A stretch of DNA of 64,000 nucleotides from an uncultured bacterium (GCA_937139365.1 CAKZPT010000091.1:1974-65973), one strand, 5' to 3'; positions 1 to 8,972 are shown, counted from the stretch's first letter. Numbers and translations are program-made. Notes: generated from the sequence alone by a model not told the origin.

Positions 1-230
1 CTGCGGGGCATCGTGATCCCGGTCGAACGGTGAGGACGCCGGAACGGCGGGACCGGAGGGCGCCGGCCCGAAACCGCCGTTGCCCGCCGCCGGTGCGTAG
101 GGGCGCCGATCCGGTCGAGCCACCCCTCCTGCGCCTGCCCAGACGCGCGGTTGGCCCGGCGCCATGCGCCGTTGGCTCCGAGGCCATGCCGCCGCTGGGC
201 GCGCGGCGGCCGGGCGGCTAGACTCCGCGC

Positions 231-851
231 ATGGGTTCGACTGCTTCGACGTCCCGGACCGCCCGGCAACGCCCCCGCCTTGCGGCGCGCGACCCCGGCC
301 GCGTCCAATCCTTGGAAACCCGCGAGGGCGGATCGTCCAAGGATTGGAAGGCTGCCAAGCGCGTGGTCGTCCGCCCCGCGGCCGCAGCCGACCTGCGCGA
401 GTTGCTGCGGCTTGACGAGGCGCTGATCGCCGAGGACCGGCGCCACGACCCGACGATCGATCCGGCGTGGACCCGGTCGGCGGGCGGCCGCCGGTTTTTC
501 CGGGACCGGGCGACGGGCCGCGAGGGCATCGGGTGGGTCGCCGAGGCCGGCGACCACCTCGCCGGCTACCTCGTCGGGTGCGTCGGGCCGGCGGAGGACT
601 ACCGGCGGGTGCAAAAGGTGGCGGAAATCGAGTGCCTGTACGTCGAGCCGCGCTGGCGAGGCGCGGGGATCGGCGCGCGGCTGGTCCGGCGGTTCGAGCG
701 GTGGGCGCGGCGGCAGGGGGCGGAGCGGATGCGGGTGGTGGTCTCGGCCGGCAACGTTCGCGCGATCCGGTTTTACCAACGCGGCGGCTATCGGTTGCAC
801 GACGTCGTGTTGGAAAAGCCGCGGCGTGGGCGCTCAGACCGCGCTCAATAG
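231..851 (+). CDS. GNAT family N-acetyltransferase. The true start is probably internal: the conserved domain begins near VVVRPAAAADLREL.
   Basis: The ORF translation shows an acetyl-CoA-binding GNAT core (RVQKVAEIECLYVEPRWRGAGIGARLVRRFERWARRQGAERMRVVVSAGNVRAIRFYQRGGY). Stop codon is TAG. Confidence 0.65.
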   Translation: MGSTASTSRTARQRPRLAARDPGRVQSLETREGGSSKDWKAAKRVVVRPAAAADLRELLRLDEALIAEDRRHDPTIDPAWTRSAGGRRFFRDRATGREGIGWVAEAGDHLAGYLVGCVGPAEDYRRVQKVAEIECLYVEPRWRGAGIGARLVRRFERWARRQGAERMRVVVSAGNVRAIRFYQRGGYRLHDVVLEKPRRGRSDRAQ

Positions 852-1481
852 CCGGAGCCATCCGGCGACCGCTGCGGCGGCCATCGCGTCGCCCGCCCGC
901 CAAACGAGGCCGAACAGCGGCGTCAGGAACAGGATGGCAAGCGCGGCCAGCGAGAAGGTCGGCCCCCAGCGCAGTCGGACGCTGGCGAGGGGCGGGAGGG
1001 CCTCCTCCACAGCCGACCAGCCGTCCAGCGGCGGCAACGGCAGGAGGTTGAAGATCGCCAGCGTCGCGTTGGCCCGAGCCGCCAGGGCGAGCAACGCGGG
1101 CGCGCCCTCGATGCGCATGGGCCGGCCCCAGTGCACCGCCGCCGCGCAGGCCGCGGCGAACAAGGCCGCCAGCAGCAGATTGGCGGCGGAGCCGGACACC
1201 GCCACCAGCGTGCGCGCGCCGCGCCCCAGCCGACGGGGCGAGAACGGCGCCGCCCCCCAGGCCAGGCCGAAGATCAGCAGCATCGCGATCGAGCGCGGAC
1301 CCATCTGCACGCGCGGGTCGAGCGAGAGGTGCCCGGCCGCCGCGGCGGTGTCGTCTCCTAGCTGCGCGCCCGCCCAGGCGTGCGCGAACTCGTGGACGCA
1401 GATCGAGAAGGTCACCACCAGGACCCACGCGACGTACGCCCAGGGCTGCTCGAACAATTGAAAGAAAAAAAGGCCGCTCAT
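834..1481 (-). CDS. Peptidase M50 / site-2 protease family membrane metalloprotease
   Basis: HEFAH (HExxH) motif inside a hydrophobic segment, with a multi-TM profile. The start is ATG MSGLFFFQ at 1479-1481, not the upstream Arg-rich extension of the ORF track. It overlaps the upstream rhodanese gene by 4 bp (ATGA). Confidence 0.7.
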   Translation of the reverse strand: MSGLFFFQLFEQPWAYVAWVLVVTFSICVHEFAHAWAGAQLGDDTAAAAGHLSLDPRVQMGPRSIAMLLIFGLAWGAAPFSPRRLGRGARTLVAVSGSAANLLLAALFAAACAAAVHWGRPMRIEGAPALLALAARANATLAIFNLLPLPPLDGWSAVEEALPPLASVRLRWGPTFSLAALAILFLTPLFGLVWRAGDAMAAAAVAGWLRLLSAV

Positions 1482-1840
1482 GCGCCGTCGCGTTCGAACG
1501 GCAAACCCAGGCCGCGCCACCGCGCCATGTGGCCGTTCAGCAAGGCCAGTGGGCCGATGCCCATCGACCGCAGATGGTCGGCGGCGCGGCGGGCGCGGCC
1601 TCCGTGTTCGCAGTAGAGCACCAGGGTACGGCCAGGCCGGGCGCGCATCGGCTCGAGATGTTCGCCGATGAGGTCCCACGGGACGTGCAGCGCGCCCGGC
1701 ACGCGACCCGACAGGTACCCGGCCCGGCTGCGCACATCCACCGGCTGATATGCCTCTGGCGACGCCCTCAGCCGTTCGGGCGGGACCAGCGGTAACGAAG
1801 CGGACTCGGAGAGGAGCGGGCTGGGACGGCGGCGGCGCAT
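1478..1840 (-). CDS. Rhodanese-like domain protein (sulfurtransferase)
   Basis: Single rhodanese domain with an active-site Cys loop (LYCEHGGRARRAA). Translationally coupled to the M50 protease gene. Confidence 0.7.
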   Translation of the reverse strand: MRRRRPSPLLSESASLPLVPPERLRASPEAYQPVDVRSRAGYLSGRVPGALHVPWDLIGEHLEPMRARPGRTLVLYCEHGGRARRAADHLRSMGIGPLALLNGHMARWRGLGLPFERDGA

Positions 1841-1847
1841 CGGTGGA

Positions 1848-2759
1848 TCAGTCGTCCGGGCGCTTGAGGTCCTCGTAAAACGCGGCCGACGCGGTCCAAA
1901 AGTAAGGAAACAACCACAGCCAGCCGAGGCCGCAGGGAAGCGATGCCAGGATTGCCCAGCCGATGAACCGCGCCGTAAACCACAGGTACTTCCATTTATG
2001 GCCGCGCATCAGCCGGACGCTCCGGCGGATCGCCTCGATAGGCCCGCAGGCCGGGTCGTCCGCGATCGCAAAGAAAGTCATCGTGTACCGCAGCGCGACG
2101 GCGATCAGCGCCACCACCGCCGCCACCGCCCCGAGCGCCAGGACCCTTGCGATCGGGCCCTCCGGACGAGCGGGCGCCCGAAGACCGCCGGCGACGGCGA
2201 TGGCCGCCAGGCCGACCGGGAGAAACACGGCCAGCGCCCACAGCATCATGAACAACTGCACCAGCAACGCGGCCACCACCGCTGGCCACCACGACCGGAA
2301 ACCGCGGAAGACCTCCGCGACCTCCGCTGCGGCGCCGCGGTTGCGAAGGAGAAAGAATCGCATCAGGCCGACGGTCAGCGGCGGCAGGAGCGCCAGGGCC
2401 GCCGCCGTCCCCACCGGCGGAACCGCCATGTCCGTCAGGGCCGCAAGCGCCTGGATCGCCATGCCAAGGACGATCACCAGCAGGGTCCCCCCGACCGCCG
2501 GCGCCCAGTGGCCCGCCAAGGCGCGTCGCGCCCGGCGCGTCAGCTCATGGTTGGGCGTCAGTCCGCCCGTGCCGGTCGCACATCGATTGGGCAACGCGGG
2601 GAAGAGACCTTCGATCGAGCCCGCCCGCCGCCATTCGGGGCCAAATTCGGGCTGCCAGACCAAGTCGTCCGGCCCGAACTCGCCGCGCTGCGCCCGCTCG
2701 ACCAGCTCCGTCCACTCCATCGGGCCGACCGTCCGGCCCGCGCGCCCGTAGTGCCACAT
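1848..2759 (-). CDS. Membrane protein with an N-terminal DUF4339 (GYF-like) domain and a multi-TM C-terminal region
   Basis: N-terminus MWHYGRAGRTVGPMEWTELVERAQRGEFGPDDLVW matches the DUF4339 pattern. It is followed by four to five hydrophobic helices. The start is chosen at MWHYG (ATG at 2757-2759); the ORF-track extension upstream is Arg-rich. Confidence 0.55.
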   Translation of the reverse strand: MWHYGRAGRTVGPMEWTELVERAQRGEFGPDDLVWQPEFGPEWRRAGSIEGLFPALPNRCATGTGGLTPNHELTRRARRALAGHWAPAVGGTLLVIVLGMAIQALAALTDMAVPPVGTAAALALLPPLTVGLMRFFLLRNRGAAAEVAEVFRGFRSWWPAVVAALLVQLFMMLWALAVFLPVGLAAIAVAGGLRAPARPEGPIARVLALGAVAAVVALIAVALRYTMTFFAIADDPACGPIEAIRRSVRLMRGHKWKYLWFTARFIGWAILASLPCGLGWLWLFPYFWTASAAFYEDLKRPDD

Positions 2760-2868
2760 GACATGCCCGCTCCGCTCGGCACTACAGCAGAATTCGGGGT
2801 AGAATGCAAAGGGCCGGCGCCTCCCCTCATCGCGTGCGCGGGCGGCTGCGATCCGGTACGCTGGTCGC

Positions 2869-3801
2869 ATGGCTCCTTCGCCCTCCGCACCGGCGCCCAC
2901 CGGCCCATGGACCGTCGTCACCCTGCTGACTCGCCGCGGCGATGCCGCGCGCGTGGCGTCATGGGTCCGACGCGCCTCCGGCCTCGAACCGGTGACGCTG
3001 CTCAAACCGCGGGACACGCGGGCGTGGATTGACCTCTACCTGCCGCCGGGGCGCGACGCGGCTCCCCTGATGGCCGCCGCGCGTCGGCGTGCTGGCGTCT
3101 TGGCCACGGCGACAAGGTTGTTCGTTCAGGGCGACTGGCAACGCCGCTGGCAGGCGCGGTTTCCTCCGCTGCGGATCGGACGGCTGCGGATCGTCTGCGG
3201 CCGCGACGCCGGTCGCAGGGCCCGCGGGACCGTGCAAATCCGGCTCGATCCCGGGTTGAGCTTCGGGACCGGCCATCACTTCACCACCCGTTTTTGCCTT
3301 GAACGAATCTCCGAGCTATGCCGGGGCCGCGATCGGCCAAAGACGGTGCTCGATCTCGGAACGGGCAGCGGCATCCTCGCGATCGCGGCGGTGCGGCTGG
3401 GGGTCCTTCGCGTAACGGCGGCCGACAACGACGCCGCGGCGGTGGAACAGGCGCGCGAGAACGCCCGGCGTAACCGAGCGGCGGATCGCATCCGATTCGA
3501 GGTCGCCGACGTCCTCCGGCGGCCGCCCGGCGGGCGGTACGATCTGGTCGTCGCCAACCTCTACGGACGGCTACTGGCCCGGGCGGCTGCCGCGCTGGCG
3601 GCTGTGACCCGGCGCTATCTGGTCGTCAGCGGACTGAGGGAGGAGGAGGGGGACGAGGTCGCCGCCGCGCTCGCCGCCGAGGGGCTCGAGGAGGTCCTCC
3701 GCGATGGCGACGGCGAATGGTGCGGCATGGAGTTCCGCCGCCGGACGGTCAGACGCCCGGTGGCCCGTTGTGCGCGCCCGCCGGCGCGCGTGTCCACGTG
3801 A
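2869..3801 (+). CDS. prmA: Ribosomal protein L11 methyltransferase
   Basis: SAM-methyltransferase core (VLDLGTGSGILAIAA ... ADNDAAAVEQARENARRN). The PrmA-type N-terminal domain and overall length fit. The C-terminal about 20 aa may be a read-through tail. Confidence 0.75.
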   Translation: MAPSPSAPAPTGPWTVVTLLTRRGDAARVASWVRRASGLEPVTLLKPRDTRAWIDLYLPPGRDAAPLMAAARRRAGVLATATRLFVQGDWQRRWQARFPPLRIGRLRIVCGRDAGRRARGTVQIRLDPGLSFGTGHHFTTRFCLERISELCRGRDRPKTVLDLGTGSGILAIAAVRLGVLRVTAADNDAAAVEQARENARRNRAADRIRFEVADVLRRPPGGRYDLVVANLYGRLLARAAAALAAVTRRYLVVSGLREEEGDEVAAALAAEGLEEVLRDGDGEWCGMEFRRRTVRRPVARCARPPARVST

Positions 3802-5467
3802 CGCGCTGGACGCTGATGCAGTTCGTCGGACACACTTCGAGGCACGCGTTGCAGCGGATGCAGTCGGCCTGGTGGATCCAGTAACTGTGGATGGGCGCGT
3901 TCGGCGCGACCGTGGGCTCGCCGCGATCCGTCCATGGTACGATCCGGCCGTCGGCCGTCCGCTCGATGCGCGGCACCTTGACGATGCAGGACGGGCGCGG
4001 TTTCACCTCGAGGCATTGGTCGCAGTAGATGCACCGCGACATGTCGATCTCGTACTTGTAGTGGCAGAGGTAGCAGCGTCGGGCCTCCTGCGCAGCGGTG
4101 CCGCGGTCGAAGCCGGTCTCGACCTCGGCGTCCAGCCGGCGGCCCTTTAACGGTCGCTTCGGCATCGCATGGCGCGGAATTCGGTCCATCGCCCGCGTGC
4201 GCGGCTGGGCCCGGCCCTCGGCGATCCACGCGCCTTCCGCGATGCGGGGCCCGCCCATCAGACGCGCGTCGACCTCCGCCGCCGCGCGCCGCCCGTCGGC
4301 AATCGCCTCGATCAGGTTCGACGAGGCCTCCGCGAAATCGCCGGCCGGCAGCACGTTCGGCGGCAGGGGGCGGGGCAGCCACGAAGTGTCCGGCTCCTGC
4401 CCGGTGGCCATGAGCACCTGGTCGCACTCCACCTCGATATCCGCCGGGTCGTTCGCGGACCTTTCCGGGCCCGTCCGGGCGAGTCGGATCGCGGTGGCGC
4501 GGTCCTGGCCGAGGACCGCGACGGGCGAGACATGAAGGAGGAACGGAATGCCTTCCCGTTCGGTCTCCTCCTTCTCGCCGGGCGTCACGCGGATGTTCTC
4601 CAGGCCGCGCCGGTAGGCGATCTGCACGGATTTTGCGCCCAGCCGCAGCGCGACGCGGGCGCAGTCCAGCGCGGTGAACCCACCACCGACAACGACCACG
4701 CGGCGGCCGACGGTCCGCTGGCCGAGCTCGTGCACGCCGATCAGGAAAGACAGGCCGGCCTCCACGCCCGGAAGATCGGCGCCGGGGATGCGCGGCGTTC
4801 GGGGGCGGTGGGCGCCGGCGGCGACGATCACCGCGTCGTGTTCGCGCGACAGTTCTTCGATGGTCTCGGCGCGGTCGACTTCCACTCCGCACCGGATCTC
4901 GACGCCGAGCTCCGCGATCTGGCGGACTTCGCGCTCGACGAGCTCCCTCGGCAGTCGGAACGGCGGAATGCCCAGCCGCAGTAGGCCGCCGGGGGCGCGG
5001 TGGCGCTCAAGAACGACGACGTCGTGTCCAAACAGCCGCAGGTCGCGTGCCGCCGCCAGTCCCGCCGGACCCGCGCCGACCACGGCCACCCGCCGGCCGG
5101 TCGGCGGAAACCATGGCTCGAGGAGGACCGGCCGCGGCGGCGGGAAGAAGTCGGCGGCCGCGCGCTTTGAAAGACAAATGGCCACCGGCTCACCCAGCCC
5201 GGACCAACCGTGGCGGCAGGGCGGCTCGCACGGGCGCGAACACACACGGCCCAGCACGCCGGGAAACACGTTGTCCCGGAGGTTGATCCGGTACGCTTCC
5301 GCGAAATCGCCGCGTGAAATGGCCTCGAGATAGCCGGGAATGTCGGTCTTCACGGGGCATGCGGCCTGGCAGGGAATGTTGGCGGCCAACCAGTCGAGAT
5401 CGCTGGGCCGGTCGGCCCAGCCGGTTGGCCGGGAGAGCACCCCCCGCGACGGAATCGGATCGGGCAT
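3749..5467 (-). CDS. GltD-like NAD(P)H-dependent FAD oxidoreductase (glutamate synthase small-subunit family) fused to a C-terminal 2x[4Fe-4S] ferredoxin domain
   Basis: GltD-type N-terminal Fe-S Cys cluster (CQAACPVKTDIPGYL ... RVCSRPCEPPCRHG). Rossmann motifs VAVVGAGPAGLAAA and VVVVGGGFTALDCA. Two CxxCxxCxxxCP motifs at the C-terminus. The start is set at MPDPIPSRG (ATG at 5465-5467). Confidence 0.7.
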   Translation of the reverse strand: MPDPIPSRGVLSRPTGWADRPSDLDWLAANIPCQAACPVKTDIPGYLEAISRGDFAEAYRINLRDNVFPGVLGRVCSRPCEPPCRHGWSGLGEPVAICLSKRAAADFFPPPRPVLLEPWFPPTGRRVAVVGAGPAGLAAARDLRLFGHDVVVLERHRAPGGLLRLGIPPFRLPRELVEREVRQIAELGVEIRCGVEVDRAETIEELSREHDAVIVAAGAHRPRTPRIPGADLPGVEAGLSFLIGVHELGQRTVGRRVVVVGGGFTALDCARVALRLGAKSVQIAYRRGLENIRVTPGEKEETEREGIPFLLHVSPVAVLGQDRATAIRLARTGPERSANDPADIEVECDQVLMATGQEPDTSWLPRPLPPNVLPAGDFAEASSNLIEAIADGRRAAAEVDARLMGGPRIAEGAWIAEGRAQPRTRAMDRIPRHAMPKRPLKGRRLDAEVETGFDRGTAAQEARRCYLCHYKYEIDMSRCIYCDQCLEVKPRPSCIVKVPRIERTADGRIVPWTDRGEPTVAPNAPIHSYWIHQADCIRCNACLEVCPTNCISVQRVTWTRAPAGAHNGPPGV

Positions 5468-6069
5468 GCGCGGAATATACGCCAGCCGCACGGCTCCCGT
5501 ATCCGATCGGTTGCGCGGTGGCTTCGCGGGGCCCGCTGCGCCCGCGGTCCGCTCGGCGTTGCGGCTGCCGGACTGGCGCGGGCCGACTGCGGGAGATCGC
5601 CGTTCGACCGCGGATCGGCTCCGAGGCGCTCTGGCGCCCGGAAATCCTTTCCGTCGGGCGCGGAAAAACGGTGGCGGCGCGCCTTCTAGAGGCTGTGGGC
5701 GCGATCGCCGCCGTCGGGGACCGCAGCGGGTCCGGCGGGTCGGCCGCCGTTTCGGCGATGGGTCCGCCAGGCGACGATGGCGACGACGCGGCTGAAAACG
5801 ATAGGAGGAAGGGGCCGCCACGGGTCAGAAGATGAACATGTTCTCCCGGCTTCGCTTCAAGCGGTGTCCGGTCGAGGTGCTGGAGGGGATGGCGGAGGAG
5901 CACGGCATTCCTGAAAACCGGAAAGCCGATGTGCCGGAAAACCTCCACCTCAAAGCCGTTGCCGAAGCTGGACGACGTCGCACCGGGCGGCCGGGGGACG
6001 GGTGGGGAAGGCGACTCGCCGTCCTCGGGCGCCGCCTGAGGTAGCCGCCGCCGGTTACGCGGGCGGGCC

Positions 6070-7269
6070 GTGGCGACCTTGCCGTCGTGCCCCGCGCCCC
6101 GTATCTTCGGCGGCCGCATGGCAGGGTTTCCAGAGGTCATGAGCCGGCCTGTGCTGGCCGGCAACGAGCCATGGCGGCTGGTGGGGATGTTCGTCGTCCT
6201 GCTGGTTGCCGTTGCGGCCGGGCGCGGGCTCAGGGCATGGGCGCGGCACTGGGCGGCCCGGCTTGAATTGGCCAGGCGCCCCGTGAGTTCCGCCGCGGTT
6301 GTGGCGGCCGGGGAGCCGCTGCATCTCTTTGCCCTGTTGGCCGGGCTGCGTCTCGGCACCGCGATCCTCCGACTCGGCGAGACTGGCCGTGAATGGGCCG
6401 AAACGGCTCACCGTGTTCTGTTGTCCGTCTCGGTGGCGTGGCTGGCCTACCGGCTGGCCGATGCCGTTGGCCGCTGGCTTCAGGCCCGGGCGGCGCGAAC
6501 GGCCAGCAAGCTGGACGAAGCTCTGGCGCCTCTGGTGCGCACCAGCCTCAAGGTAACCGTCGTGGCCCTGGCGGTCGTGCAGGTGGCCACGGTGCTCAGC
6601 GACAAACCGGTCACCTCGCTGCTGGCCGGGTTGGGCGTCAGCGGCGTCGCGGTCGCCCTGGCGGCGCAGGATACGGTCAAGAATTTCTTCGGGTCGGTGG
6701 TCATTTTGTCCGACAAACCCTTCGAGATCGGCGATCGCGTGCAGGTGGATGGGCATGACGGCACGATCGAGGCCGTCGGGTTTCGATCCACGCGGCTGCG
6801 GACGTTGGACGGCACTCTGGTCACGATTCCCAACGGGGAACTGGCCAATCGAACGGTCGTCAACGTCAGCCGGCGGCGGTGGATCCGCAGGATGTTCACC
6901 TTGAGCCTCCCGTACGAGACGCCGCCCGAACGGATCGAGCGGGCGGCTGAAATCGTTCGAGAGATCCTCGCCGGGCGCGACGAGCTGGATCCGGAACGCC
7001 CTCCGAAGGTGGCCGTCCATGAGCTGGGCACCTCGTCCGTCAATGTGTTGGTCGTCTACTGGGCGGGCACGTCGGACTGGTGGCGGCACATCGAATTCGC
7101 TGAGCGCGTCAATCTTGAAATCCTGCGTCGCTTCGCAGAAGAGGGCATAACGATGGCCTATCCGACGCAGAAGGTGTTCGTCGCCGGCGATTCGGAGCCG
7201 CAGGGGGGGAGGAGGACGCGGGAAGGCGGTGGAAGGGCAGGTGGAGAGATGGTGCGGTCCGACGGATGA
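6070..7269 (+). CDS. Mechanosensitive ion channel (MscS family)
   Basis: Three TM helices followed by the conserved MscS beta-domain (GDRVQVDGHDGTIEAVGFRSTRLRTLDGTLVTIPNGEL). The exact start is uncertain: 6070, 6118 or 6142. Confidence 0.7.
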   Translation: MATLPSCPAPRIFGGRMAGFPEVMSRPVLAGNEPWRLVGMFVVLLVAVAAGRGLRAWARHWAARLELARRPVSSAAVVAAGEPLHLFALLAGLRLGTAILRLGETGREWAETAHRVLLSVSVAWLAYRLADAVGRWLQARAARTASKLDEALAPLVRTSLKVTVVALAVVQVATVLSDKPVTSLLAGLGVSGVAVALAAQDTVKNFFGSVVILSDKPFEIGDRVQVDGHDGTIEAVGFRSTRLRTLDGTLVTIPNGELANRTVVNVSRRRWIRRMFTLSLPYETPPERIERAAEIVREILAGRDELDPERPPKVAVHELGTSSVNVLVVYWAGTSDWWRHIEFAERVNLEILRRFAEEGITMAYPTQKVFVAGDSEPQGGRRTREGGGRAGGEMVRSDG

Positions 7270-7466
7270 GAGCGGACCGCGGTGGCGAGGGCGGGGCGGG
7301 GCGCGGTTCCCTGAAGGTCCTGAGCTCGTTCGAGCAGCGGGCAGCGACGACCTCACCAAGTTGTGGCCTTGCGATCGGCACAGGTGGCCATCGGCCTCCG
7401 TAGGGCTCGCCCGTGGTCGTCCCGTGCTATTGCGAGGGGCCTGGGCGAACCGAGATCTGCAGACGA

Positions 7467-7492
7467 GGACACAGTTAATAAAGTCCGGCCCC
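7467..7492. repeat. 26-nt AT-rich intergenic element GGACACAGTTAATAAAGTCCGGCCCC, copy 1 of 2
   Basis: Exact 26/26 identity with 59489-59514. Both copies are intergenic and both are preceded by AGGGGCCTG 20-35 nt upstream. The internal GGAC/GTCC can form a 4-bp stem around the AT-rich loop. Confidence 0.6.
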
Positions 7493-7788
7493 CCGAAATT
7501 TCGAACGACGCGGCCCAATATGGTCCTGAAGTCCGCGTTCGCACGGTCGGTGGCGGGCGTCCGGCTTGCGTTGCAGGGAGGACTAGTTGTTGCAGGGCTC
7601 ATGCTTGCTCAAATCGCGGCAAACGGCCTCCCCGAGGCAAGGCCTAGCGAGTGGCGTGCGTGGCGGATCCCCCCCTCGTAGGGCTCAACCTTGATCCAGC
7701 CGCAATTCGCCTGTTACCGGGTCAGACCCTCCAGCGCGCCGTTTGTGCGGGGTCTGTGTCCATCGCCGCAAGGCGAACGCACTCCGGG

Positions 7789-7817
7789 TTGACACGCCGA
7801 AGGTCGTGACATAGATT
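7789..7817 (+). promoter_or_regulatory. Sigma70-like promoter driving the riboswitch leader
   Basis: TTGACA at 7789-7794, a 17-nt spacer, then TAGATT at 7812-7817. It lies about 15 nt upstream of the riboswitch-like sequence. Confidence 0.45.
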
Positions 7818-7829
7818 GCGCCCGGTTCT

Positions 7830-8005
7830 TTGGGAACATGGCCCGGGCGAACGGAAGTCCGTGAGATTCGGACGCGGTCGCGCCGCTGTAACCGGATACG
7901 AGATCCCACGGCCACTGCCGGTCGGTTGTCCCTTGCGGGGCGATGCCGGTGGGAAGGCGGGATGCCAGGCCAAGCCGGTAGCCAGAAGACGAGTCCGGGC
8001 CATTG
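7830..8005 (+). promoter_or_regulatory. Putative cobalamin (B12) riboswitch aptamer in the 5' leader of the PEP-CTERM gene
   Basis: Contains the hallmark cobalamin-riboswitch elements in the canonical order. First, GGAAGTCCGTGAGATTCGGAC ... CGCCGCTGTAACCGG (compare GGGAA..GGTGnnAATCC..GCCACTGTAAnCGG). Second, GGCCACTG. Third, GGGAAGGCGG. Fourth, a B12-box-like AGCCAGAAGAC..TCCGGGCC. A downstream hairpin TCTCC(8114-8118)/GGAGA(8127-8131) can sequester the SD AGGAGA just before ATG 8139. Confidence 0.6.
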
Positions 8006-8138
8006 CGGTGGATCGCCCCGCGGAGGGCGGATCGGCCGGCCGCGCCCGTCGCGCGGCGGCGCCCATGCCCGGGCGCTGCGTCGTCCAGGCTCTCCCCGAG
8101 CGATTGCGCCGCGTCTCCCGCGAATAGGAGATCGCATC

Positions 8139-8972
8139 ATGATCGCTCAGCGTGTGGCGGCCTGCGTTGCGGCCGGCCTGGTGTGTGCGGTGGGCTCGAC
8201 ACGGGTGTCGGGGGCGGTGATCGGATTCGAGGAGTACGGTCTGCCGCCGGCGTCCGCGGCCCCCTACACGGGTGGGTTCACCATCGGCGCCGCCCATTTC
8301 GCCAACACGTTCTCCGTCTGGGGCGCCTACACGAGCTGGAACGGCTTCGCCGTTTCGACGATGACTGACACCTCCACGCCGGGGCACGTGAACCAGTTCT
8401 CGTGCATCGCCGGCCACGGCGCGGGCGGCAGTCCGGCGTATGCAGTCGGCTACGACGACCACTGGAGCATCGGCCCGGATATGGTGGTCACGTTTCCGGA
8501 CGACGTCCAGTTGTTGAGCCTGCAGGTGAACAACACGACGTACGCCTACCTGAGCATGAGGGACGGAGATGCTTTCGCCAAAAAATTCGGTGGCCCGAGC
8601 GGGACCGATCCGGACTGGTTCCTACTGCGGCTTCAGGCGTTCGACGCGGCGAACGCCCTGTTGGGCACCATTGACTTCTACCTGGCCGACTACCGCTTTC
8701 CCGATCCGGCGGACGACTACATCGTAGCTACCTGGACGCCGATCGACCTGACGGCCTTTGGCTCCACGGTGCGGCGATTGGAGATGACGCTAGACTCGAG
8801 CGACGTCGGTCCGTGGGGCGTGAACACGCCGACCTACGTGGCGGTGGACAATCTCCAGTATATCCCCGAGCCGGCGGCGGCGGGGCTGGCGGTGCTGGGC
8901 GCGGCCGCGGCGGCGCTTCTCCGCCGGCGGCTGGCCGCGGCGGTCGCAGAGGCGGTGGATGGAGCGGAATAA
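8139..8972 (+). CDS. PEP-CTERM-anchored secreted protein; the globular domain resembles the DUF4465 / BtuH-like surface-protein family (family assignment from memory, not searched)
   Basis: Signal peptide MIAQRVAACVAAGLVCAVGS. The C-terminal PEP-CTERM sorting signal is PEPAAAGLAVLGAAAAALLRRR. ATG 8139 is preceded by the SD AGGAGA. It lies immediately downstream of the riboswitch-like leader. Stop codon TAA. Confidence 0.7.
   Translation: MIAQRVAACVAAGLVCAVGSTRVSGAVIGFEEYGLPPASAAPYTGGFTIGAAHFANTFSVWGAYTSWNGFAVSTMTDTSTPGHVNQFSCIAGHGAGGSPAYAVGYDDHWSIGPDMVVTFPDDVQLLSLQVNNTTYAYLSMRDGDAFAKKFGGPSGTDPDWFLLRLQAFDAANALLGTIDFYLADYRFPDPADDYIVATWTPIDLTAFGSTVRRLEMTLDSSDVGPWGVNTPTYVAVDNLQYIPEPAAAGLAVLGAAAAALLRRRLAAAVAEAVDGAE

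Noticed and set aside
1461-1470. A9-rich stretch AAAGAAAAAA at the 5' end of the M50 protease gene, a possible slippery or phase-variable tract
   Set aside because: It lies at codons 2-8 (encoding FFFQLF on the minus strand). It is short and interrupted by a G. There is no evidence of frame ambiguity here, since the ORF is intact.
5832-6044. 70-aa ORF in the 600-bp gap between the GltD-like gene and mscS
   Set aside because: No recognisable motif. The nearest SD-like sequence is 25 nt from the ATG. It may be a small protein, but it is unsupported.
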